A stretch of DNA of 64,000 nt from Pyrodictiaceae archaeon (GTDB lineage: Archaea > Thermoproteota > Thermoprotei_A > Sulfolobales > Pyrodictiaceae), in assembly GCA_027046265.1 (NCBI GenBank), contig JALTZF010000040.1, positions 2,339 through 66,338 of the forward strand, in the 5' to 3' direction. The notes under the pieces are model-generated. The model had not been told where the DNA came from. It searched no databases and saw only the letters and a list, made by a program, of their open reading frames with translations. The position numbers were made by a program, and so were the translations under genes. Positions 57,181-64,000 of this stretch are shown piece after piece (positions within the stretch are counted from its first letter, which is position 1; the number at the start of each line of letters is the position of its first letter).

Positions 57181-57400
57181 GGCCCCGCTGGTCTCACACC
57201 CGCAGAGGCCCGGCTACGGGAACAATGAAGCGGGGCGGTCAAGCGGGGCACACCACTAGAATATTCTAGGCAAAGACTATGGCTACGGGATGAGCGAGCC
57301 CCCTCGCGCCCCTAGCCCTCTGAGGCTAGGGGTGCCTATGACGTGTGCCGGGCCGGTTGCGACCGCGCCTTAAGTGTGAGAGGACGCGATTACAAGGGTT
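57181..57400 (+). ncRNA. GC-rich structured RNA, family unassigned (SRP-RNA-like motifs; possible stable ncRNA or 5' leader)
   Basis: GC-rich island in A/T-rich flanks, with a TATA-like TAATAATTAATA at 57162-73. Long-range pairing: CUCACAC (57193-99) with GUGUGAG (57374-80), and GGCCCGGC (57207-14) with GCCGGGCC (57347-54). Hairpins at 57256-69, 57294-307 and 57309-32 (9 bp). CAGAGGCCCG-GCUA-CGGGAACAAUG (57203-27) and AUGACGUGUGCCGGG (57338-52) recall SRP helix 8/5 sequences from memory. The length (about 215 nt) and motif order do not fit a canonical archaeal 7S RNA. Confidence 0.5.
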
Positions 57401-57463
57401 TGTTGTGATGCACGGTAATTCTTAGAATCCCCCCTACACTATCTGTTTCTAGGTGAACCTCCC

Positions 57464-58141
57464 GTGCCACGGGTACCCGTGAAGCTGGTGTCATGGGAGG
57501 AAATTGTTGAGTGGAGTAGAGGCCTAGCAAGAAAGATAAAAGAGAGTGGTTACAAGCCAACCGTTATAATAGCCGTTGCAAGGGGAGGCTATGTTCCTGC
57601 TAGACTGCTTGCAGACTTTCTTAATGTCACAAACATGCTGAGCATACAAAGCCAACACTGGACAGAAGCTGCCAAAGCTGCTGAGAAGGCTATACTCAAA
57701 TTCCCCTACAAAGTTGACTTAAGCGAGCACGACGCCTTACTAGTCGATGATATCGTTGATACTGGTGATACATTGCTACTAGCAAGAGAATACATTTTAG
57801 AGAACTGGAAGCCTAGAACACTCAAAATAGCCACACTTCAATGGATAAGTCCTGTTGCAAAATTCAGGCCAGACTATTACTATATAGAAGTAAAGGAGTG
57901 GACTTGGTTCCAATATCCTTGGACAAGACTTGAAGACGTCACTCAGTTCATAGAAAGAATGTTAAGAGAAGAAGCTAAAGAGACTGGTAAAAAGATATGG
58001 AGTCTTAGTGAGATAAAAGAAAAGTTCTATGAATGGTATGGTATAAGAGTGGAAGAATACTATTATCATGATGCACTTGATCTCCTTGAAGAAAAAGGAG
58101 TCATAAAAAAGGAGAAGAACAACTATAAACTACTCGTATGA
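57464..58141 (+). CDS. purine phosphoribosyltransferase-fold protein with C-terminal ~70-aa extension
   Basis: PRPP motif ALLVDDIVDTGDTL. GTG start. The tail ...YYYHDALDLLEEKGVIKKEKNNYKLLV looks winged-helix-like. Confidence 0.65.
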   Translation: MPRVPVKLVSWEEIVEWSRGLARKIKESGYKPTVIIAVARGGYVPARLLADFLNVTNMLSIQSQHWTEAAKAAEKAILKFPYKVDLSEHDALLVDDIVDTGDTLLLAREYILENWKPRTLKIATLQWISPVAKFRPDYYYIEVKEWTWFQYPWTRLEDVTQFIERMLREEAKETGKKIWSLSEIKEKFYEWYGIRVEEYYYHDALDLLEEKGVIKKEKNNYKLLV

Positions 58142-58225
58142 CAATGTGAAACTATTCAAGTAACACACTCAATCTAATTACCATAGTTATGCAATATACG
58201 GAGCAACTGTTTAATCCTTAATTAT

Positions 58226-59281
58226 TTAACACTTGTCTTCATTCTTTAGTTCTAATCCAGCCATACGTACAGCTCTTACAAAGTCTTTGAATGATAAGGG
58301 CAGCCAAGAAGATAATAAATAGTATAGTCTACAAGGAACATATCGTCTTCTGCCTCGGCTCCATCTTGCTAATTCCACCATTGCACGCAATCGTGCATCA
58401 TGTGGACTCATAGTTGAAAGTATGGCTTTCTCTATGTCTCCACAGAAATCGTACCTGGCTTTCAGCAGTATCTCGATAATCATGTTTATCCTATTGGGTA
58501 CACCATGTATACTGCCGCGAAGCTCCAGTCTGCGCGGGACGTAGTACCCTCTAAGCTCGAGTTCGCGTGTCGCACCAGGCCGTGGTAATCTATCAACTAT
58601 AGCACCTATAATGAATGCATCTGCCTCAAGAACTTCTGATCGTGTGAGAGGCTTTTCTGCACTCGGATCTAGGAGTATGATCTTCGTGTATCCGCGCAAA
58701 CGAAGAGCCTCATCAGCGGGAAGCGATGAAACTTGTACGTGTGGCGTAGCCATGAAACTTTTAAGCCACGAATACACGCCTGGCTTTACAGATGACAAAA
58801 TCAAGTGTCTATCCCATAAATATCTCCTTATAACGCCAAGAGAGGCACCAACCTGTTTTCTAAGACTTCTGGCCTCACTAACGAGGTGTTCATCTATTAA
58901 CGAGAAGTCAAGGGCGAAAACGGGCTCAGGCTTGGAGGGAAGGCTGTCTATGAGCTTCCACTTAAGCTTATTCCCCCTCCTAGTATACACTACATCGGAG
59001 TGGTCAACGCCTTTACCCCAGATGAAGACGAAATTCTTCCCCTTATACTCTTCAACATACGACACTGTACCCTTAACACTTTTGAATAGTAACTCGCCAC
59101 CCCATACTAACGCATAGACTGTTACAAGCTGGAAAGGATCCCTCGTGTTACGCAACTTATCGGGTGGAATGTCTGTAGAGAGCCTATATGCACCACTTTC
59201 TTCAAGTAGATCAAGAAGTCTATACTTCGGTCTCTCACGGATATTTTTTATGTAGCAATCAGCTACCGTGAGGACAGTCAT
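58226..59281 (-). CDS. SPOUT-type methyltransferase, Trm10-like (tRNA m1G9/m1A9) candidate
   Basis: ILLDPSAEKPL...DAFIIGAIVDR...VPNRINMIIEIL resembles the Trm10 SPOUT core. The assignment is from memory. Confidence 0.45.
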   Translation of the reverse strand: MTVLTVADCYIKNIRERPKYRLLDLLEESGAYRLSTDIPPDKLRNTRDPFQLVTVYALVWGGELLFKSVKGTVSYVEEYKGKNFVFIWGKGVDHSDVVYTRRGNKLKWKLIDSLPSKPEPVFALDFSLIDEHLVSEARSLRKQVGASLGVIRRYLWDRHLILSSVKPGVYSWLKSFMATPHVQVSSLPADEALRLRGYTKIILLDPSAEKPLTRSEVLEADAFIIGAIVDRLPRPGATRELELRGYYVPRRLELRGSIHGVPNRINMIIEILLKARYDFCGDIEKAILSTMSPHDARLRAMVELARWSRGRRRYVPCRLYYLLSSWLPLSFKDFVRAVRMAGLELKNEDKC

Positions 59282-59444
59282 TGCCTATGCTCCTCTTAGG
59301 GGGGTGAGAGGAGGCTCATCACACCAGGAACTCCTTACTACACTACCTGCATAATCAATTTTTATTTCATTCTAAAGCATTTCACGTACCATATGGAGAG
59401 AAGCTGTAAGACACTAATCTTGTATTAATGTGTAATATCACTAT

Positions 59445-59503
59445 GGCTGTGAAGAGGGCTAGATATGCTGAATATTAGTGATGAAGGTTTCTGGTGCTGA
59501 GCC
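59445..59503 (+). ncRNA. C/D box sRNA (2'-O-methylation guide)
   Basis: GGCU-GUGAAGA(C)-GGGCUAGAUAUG(12 nt)-CUGA(D')-AUAUUA-GUGAUGA(C')-AGGUUUCUGGUG(12 nt)-CUGA(D)-GCC. The spacing is canonical, the termini GGC/GCC are complementary, and an A/T-rich TATA-like tract lies 10-25 nt upstream. Confidence 0.75.
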
Positions 59504-59540
59504 AACAAAAAGACAAGAGCAAGACATAGTGTAGCTATTG

Positions 59541-59906
59541 CTACTCTTCTAGGGCATCCTCTAACTCGCTGAGCACGTCCATGGTTGCAGAACGCGTGTC
59601 GAGGACTGCTTTGATGCCGCTACGTTTTAAGTGCTCAGCGATCTCATAGGCTACACTAGCCATATCATCTAGCAATTCTTCTATGACTCCTCGGGGGTCA
59701 TCCTCTACGTCTACTACTTCACGTATATAATCTTTGATGTCTTCATAGCCTAGCCTAACAATTATCCCAGTACTGCTCTCGCGGACTTCTATAAAGAAGG
59801 GCGCTTGCGGATGATCAAGTCTTATCGAATCAGCCACATGCCTTGGTTGAAGGCCGCGCCGCCGAGCTATCCCAATAACTATGTCCTTAACGTTCTCATG
59901 CACCAC
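59541..59906 (-). CDS. hypothetical acidic protein (121 aa)
   Basis: ORF only. Confidence 0.35.
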   Translation of the reverse strand: MVHENVKDIVIGIARRRGLQPRHVADSIRLDHPQAPFFIEVRESSTGIIVRLGYEDIKDYIREVVDVEDDPRGVIEELLDDMASVAYEIAEHLKRSGIKAVLDTRSATMDVLSELEDALEE

Positions 59907-60032
59907 AATACACCAAAAATGCTACTTCTAGAACCCCACTATTATACCTAATTACCACAACGAGTACAAGCTATACTATGTCCCACTAGGCTCGAGGGCT
60001 AAGGCTCTACTAGCAAGGATACCAAAGAGGAG

Positions 60033-60137
60033 TGGAGCCGGGGCCGGGATTCGAACCCGGGATCAACGGGTTTCCACGATGGGCGGATGAAAGACTCCAC
60101 TGCAGCCCGCCGCCTTTGACCGCTCGGCCACCCCGGC
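60033..60137 (-). tRNA. tRNA-Cys (GCA) with 28-nt intron at 37/38, CCA encoded
   Basis: Acceptor stem GCCGGGG/CCCCGGC with discriminator U. Anticodon stem GCGGG/CCCGU forms after removal of UGGAGUCUUUCAUCCGCCCAUCGUGGAA (60072-60099). Loop is CUGCAGA. T arm CCGGG-UUCGAAU-CCCGG. Confidence 0.8.
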
Positions 60138-60344
60138 ACTTGAGCTGGGAGTAAGGGGCACGTCCGTATGTACTCTGTTCTGTGTACTCCATTTATTAAC
60201 TCAGCGGCTGTTATACGATTATAACTAAGTGGCGGGGGCTGATATACTCAGGCGGAGCTGAAGCCTCTGCCATGATGAGTTTAGCCTTGGATGACCCCGC
60301 TATATTACGCTTCTACGGGTGACATCGTGACAAAAGGCAAACTG

Positions 60345-61193
60345 ATGAAGGAAATCATTAGGCGCGTATATGGCCCTGAGAGAGATAGAATGTTTTGGCA
60401 CCGTATAGACATTATAGGCGACATTGCTGTGATACGAAAACCCTTCGATATAGATTACTCTGTGTTGCAGCCTCTCGCAGAGGAAATTCTTAGGTCTATA
60501 CCTTATGTTAAGTCTGTGTGGGCAACAGCCTCTCCCGTCGATGGAGACTATAGGCTCCGCGAGTTTGTGCACTTGGCTGGCGAGAAACGTAGCGAAACAA
60601 TCTACAGAGAACATGGGTGTAGGTTTAAGGTTGACATACGTAAAGTTTACATCACCCCACGCCTCTCCTTTGAGCATGAAAGAATAGCGAAAACTGTAAA
60701 TGAAGGAGAAATAGTAATTAACATGTATGCAGGTGTGGGTCTTTTCTCTATTATAATGGCTAAGAAGAAAAAAGTTAAGGTCCATAGCATTGATATAAAC
60801 CCATACGCGTACAAGTACATGGTCATTAATATTAAGCTGAATAAGGTTGAGGAAAAGGTAGTCCCAATACAAGGTGATGCCTCAATAGTTGTTCCAGACC
60901 TTCTTCACAGTCTCGCTGACAGGATTCTCATGCCGCTACCCGAGAAGGCTTTGGAGCACTTGCCTTTTGCTTTACAAGGCTTGAAGAGAAATGGCGGGTA
61001 TCTACATGTCTACGTACACGTAGTTGAGCTTCCTGGAGAAGATCCTAGGAGAAAAGCTGAGACCATGGTTGCTAGGAGACTAAGAGAAATTGGTGTGGAG
61101 TTTTTCAAAATTACTGGATCAAGGGTTGTCCGAAGTGTCGGCCCACGCAAATGCCAGGTGGTAATTGACTTAATAGTTAAACCTTCCAGGTAA
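60345..61193 (+). CDS. trm5: Trm5/Tyw2-family (Met-10+) tRNA methyltransferase
   Basis: SAM motif VINMYAGVGLFSI followed by DINP. ATG 60345 is preferred over 60291. Confidence 0.75.
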   Translation: MKEIIRRVYGPERDRMFWHRIDIIGDIAVIRKPFDIDYSVLQPLAEEILRSIPYVKSVWATASPVDGDYRLREFVHLAGEKRSETIYREHGCRFKVDIRKVYITPRLSFEHERIAKTVNEGEIVINMYAGVGLFSIIMAKKKKVKVHSIDINPYAYKYMVINIKLNKVEEKVVPIQGDASIVVPDLLHSLADRILMPLPEKALEHLPFALQGLKRNGGYLHVYVHVVELPGEDPRRKAETMVARRLREIGVEFFKITGSRVVRSVGPRKCQVVIDLIVKPSR

Positions 61194-61209
61194 ATAATGC
61201 TCTTCGCGC

Positions 61210-61647
61210 CTACTTCCTCGAGGATATCTTCATTGCTGTGTATTCCAGTGTAGCAATTATGTCATCTATATAGTCTTTCGTAACGCCAAGGACCATTATT
61301 GCTTTAATCCTACCATCATCGTCTTTCTCAACACTATATTCGAGGCCCTCAGATTCATTAACTAGCCTTCCAAGAGTCCTCAGTGCGTATCTCATATAGG
61401 GGTCAGATTCTGAGACAGGTTTATAGAGTGTTAGAATTACGCGATCACGTGCGTGAGAGAGGACTGCTACAAGTCTTCCACTAGAGTCTCTAAATTCTTT
61501 GCCACGACCAAGCCTTTGAGTTCTGAGGCCCATTTGCTCGTTTAATAGTGCTAGTATAGCCTGGTAAAGTTGTAGCTTACGTTCGAGATCCTCTATCTCT
61601 TTCTCTAAAAACTCCTTAAGCGTTGCGAGATCTATTTCCCTACTCAA
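61210..61647 (-). CDS. hypothetical protein with N-terminal coiled coil (145 aa)
   Basis: ORF only. Confidence 0.35.
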   Translation of the reverse strand: MSREIDLATLKEFLEKEIEDLERKLQLYQAILALLNEQMGLRTQRLGRGKEFRDSSGRLVAVLSHARDRVILTLYKPVSESDPYMRYALRTLGRLVNESEGLEYSVEKDDDGRIKAIMVLGVTKDYIDDIIATLEYTAMKISSRK

Positions 61648-61799
61648 AACATTCTCTCCCTAGAGTTGAAAACATAGAGTGAAGCCTATAATTTTACTAG
61701 GGCCTATAGAACAACTACAGAATGGTACAGAACAGAGCAAGGATAATTTCACGCACTCCCTACTAGCAGATACGCTAGCCATGAGAGTGGTGGCCTGCT

Positions 61800-63593
61800 G
61801 TGAGTGTTAATAAGAAACTAATAGCGTTGGCGCTCTTATTACTCGCAACTTTCTCAGCATTCTCTAACGCACTACAGTACTATCCTATACAACTTGGACT
61901 ACTAGCTATAGATATTAATACTGGTAAAGGCTTAGTTATACCAGCCACGATTCATCTCGAACCCGGTAGTGGGGAAGTAGTAGCTGAGCCTATAGATAAA
62001 GTCGATGATAGCACTATTTACTCTATAAAGGTAGCACTTATTACCTCCTCTCTACTTGATGGCCGTGATCCGCGTACCCTTAATGCTGTTATTGAGTTTA
62101 AGATAAACACTAGTGTCAGTGGACCAAGCGCTAGCGGCTTTATAGCTAGCTCAATCTTGGGTTTATTGAAGGGAATAGCTCTTGACACCATAAACAATAC
62201 TATGACGGGAATGGTCTCACTAACTGGCTTGGTCCTCCCAGTAGCTGGTATTCTAGAAAAATCAAAAGCAGCCGCGCAAGCTGGATACAGACAAATACTA
62301 ATGCCTCAATCAGAGTATGAAGCACTAAACAATAGCACAAAAACCAAGATCACAAAGATAATTTCCGTAGTACCAGTATGCAGCATAATTGACGCAGCAT
62401 ACAGGCTATCAAGCATTACTTATAAGAATACAGCAAAGCAGACTATTCCAGCTCCACGAACCAGAGTTATACCCGCAGAAGCTCTTAGAGTCTTTGGGGC
62501 AGATGCCGAAAAATTCATAACATATACAATTGATCTCCTAAGTTATGTTGACAACCCAGAAGTGAGAAAAGCTGCAAGTACAGCGATTAACTATGCACGC
62601 AAAGCCCTTCAAAATGAAGATTATTATGCTGCAGCAAGTCTTGCGTTTGTAGGACTCTTGAGAGTTGCTGAGCACCTAGAAAAGAAGGGGCTCTTTGCAC
62701 GTGTCGAGGAAGAGCTTAACACAACTCTCGGCAACGCCATCCAAAGAGCAACTGTCCAGATAGAGAAGGAGCTTGAGTCTCTAAGTAAGAGGAACACATG
62801 CTACTATTGGAGGTATGTTGCTCTAGCAGAAGCAACTTACCGTCTTCATTTAGCAAAAAGAGTTCGTGAGAATACAAAGAGCGGCGAACAGGCCGGGAAA
62901 GCTTTAGCATTGTTGCGTGCGCTATCAGCTGAAACTTGGGCCAAGGCCGCTCATCATATGAGGGGGCCCTTAGTATACTGCAGACACTTAAGCAACATGA
63001 CACTATTCCTTGCCAACTATGCTAGGCTTTCCTATAACTATATAACTAGTATCTTGGAATATGAAAACATACCAGTTAGTATTGATAATAGCACGCTGTT
63101 AAGCTGGCTTAATGATATGGATAAAGCTATTAGGGATGGTAATTACGTGCTTGGAATGGGGCTTGCACTTTTCATAATCTCCTATATTGAAAGCTTGCTT
63201 GCGTCAACTTCATCGGCTAAATGTATTATACAACATTATAATAACGTAAGGTCGATTAGCGGCTTAGTTTCAGCCTTCCCAGGAGATCTATACTTTAGAT
63301 ATGCACTAAGCTATGGAGACGAACTTGCGAACATAACAGGGGTTAACAATAAAGAGTTGTTCATACTCGACCTTGGAACCGACGCATTAGTACGCGCGTT
63401 TTCCGCCCTCGCGATTGACGCTATAGAGGACTTGCATAGCAATATTACTCAAAGCGTATACTTGAAGGAAAGACAGGGTGTCAGTAATACTGCTATGGTG
63501 TATACTATTATCTTAGCTGAAGCAGTAATTGTCGCGTTACTTGTTACTGCTACTATTAGATCTGGATTCAGACATGAAGTCGAAAAGGCTTAG
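61800..63593 (+). CDS. secreted/membrane-anchored Lon-type S16 peptidase-domain protein without ATPase module
   Basis: Signal peptide KKLIALALLLLATFSAFSNA. S16 motifs VSGPSASG (Ser) and AGILEKSKAAAQAGYRQILMP (Lys). A long helical region is followed by a C-terminal TM helix (VYTIILAEAVIVALLVTATI). Confidence 0.55.
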   Translation: MSVNKKLIALALLLLATFSAFSNALQYYPIQLGLLAIDINTGKGLVIPATIHLEPGSGEVVAEPIDKVDDSTIYSIKVALITSSLLDGRDPRTLNAVIEFKINTSVSGPSASGFIASSILGLLKGIALDTINNTMTGMVSLTGLVLPVAGILEKSKAAAQAGYRQILMPQSEYEALNNSTKTKITKIISVVPVCSIIDAAYRLSSITYKNTAKQTIPAPRTRVIPAEALRVFGADAEKFITYTIDLLSYVDNPEVRKAASTAINYARKALQNEDYYAAASLAFVGLLRVAEHLEKKGLFARVEEELNTTLGNAIQRATVQIEKELESLSKRNTCYYWRYVALAEATYRLHLAKRVRENTKSGEQAGKALALLRALSAETWAKAAHHMRGPLVYCRHLSNMTLFLANYARLSYNYITSILEYENIPVSIDNSTLLSWLNDMDKAIRDGNYVLGMGLALFIISYIESLLASTSSAKCIIQHYNNVRSISGLVSAFPGDLYFRYALSYGDELANITGVNNKELFILDLGTDALVRAFSALAIDAIEDLHSNITQSVYLKERQGVSNTAMVYTIILAEAVIVALLVTATIRSGFRHEVEKA

Positions 63594-64000
63594 TTGTTTT
63601 CTCATGGGCCTTGAGCTACTGTGCTTAATACTCCTTATGGCTTCAGCGATAGGCCCTCGAAAATCCTTCTCTAGAATCTCACGTATAGGAGGCTTATAAA
63701 GAGCGGCGGCAGGGTGATATGTAGGTATAATCTTAACTTTTACACTTGCTATCATAGCTTCACGGACTTCGCCATGCTGCTTAGACATAGAGTACCACTT
63801 AAGGCTTGCAAGAGTATACAGTGTTCGCGCTGCATGACGTCCAACAGCTATTATTACCTTAGGCTTTATGAGTTCTATCTGCTTCAGTAGGTAAGGCAAA
63901 CAAGTCTCTATTTCATCTTCTCGAGGATCGCGGTTGCCAGGCGGCCTGCACTTCACCACATTAGTTATGTATACTTCACTCCTCTTCAGCCCAGCTAACT
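63537..64000 (-). CDS. udg: uracil-DNA glycosylase family 4 (partial; N-terminus beyond window end)
   Basis: VKCRPPGNRDP, GRHAARTL and IPTYHPAAALY motifs. The reading frame stays open to the window edge. Confidence 0.75.
   Translation of the reverse strand, partial: LAGLKRSEVYITNVVKCRPPGNRDPREDEIETCLPYLLKQIELIKPKVIIAVGRHAARTLYTLASLKWYSMSKQHGEVREAMIASVKVKIIPTYHPAAALYKPPIREILEKDFRGPIAEAIRSIKHSSSRPMRKQLSLFDFMSESRSNSSSNK

Noticed and set aside
60272-60345. AUGAUGA-12 nt-AUGA followed 45 nt later by CUGAUGA, upstream of or overlapping the trm5 start.
   Set aside because: The second half has no C' box at the right distance (15-nt spacing) and no terminal stem. It more likely belongs to the trm5 promoter and 5' region.
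1-64000. Search for CRISPR arrays, cas genes, transposases, integrases, toxin-antitoxin pairs and rRNA genes.
   Set aside because: I saw no regularly spaced direct repeats and no ORF with recognisable Cas, transposase, integrase or TA motifs. No rRNA-like long GC-rich tracts were seen either.

Overview
The window reads as a 64-kb chromosomal segment of a hyperthermophile-type crenarchaeon. This is inferred from an intron-containing tRNA, C/D and H/ACA guide RNAs, class III signal-peptide pilins, a tungsten AOR, di-myo-inositol-phosphate genes and an archaeal-type SAM synthetase. GC looks like roughly 45% by eye. I support about 60 protein genes, mostly core metabolism and RNA biology. They include a complete de novo pyrimidine set on the minus strand (pyrF-pyrE, then pyrB-pyrI-pyrK-pyrC-pyrD), a nadA-nadC-nadX NAD cluster, AOR, MgtE, hemA, split IPCT/DIPPS, moeA, a MoaD-like protein, an E1-like ThiF protein, MAT, Nep1, an Sm protein, Trm5 and a Clp1-like kinase. 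RNA genes are tRNA-Glu(UUC), tRNA-Gly(GCC), tRNA-Cys(GCA) with a 28-nt intron, one convincing C/D box sRNA, one atypical C/D candidate, one single-hairpin H/ACA sRNA next to nep1, and two GC-rich structured RNA regions of about 200 nt that I cannot assign to a family. I saw no CRISPR array, transposase, integrase or obvious prophage. The accessory-like part is a type IV pilus-like locus (28.5-35.3 kb) with two tandem pilins, a FlaI/PilB-type ATPase, two separate T2SSF membrane genes and a two-domain KaiC-like ATPase. The most unusual signals are compositional. Kilobase blocks show opposite strand asymmetry at synonymous sites and are shared by genes of opposite orientation. One polarity flip lies inside a 950-bp non-coding region (22.7-23.65 kb) that also carries repeats and an ORB-like motif, making it a candidate replication origin. 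All calls come from reading the sequence and the ORF track; no searches were run.
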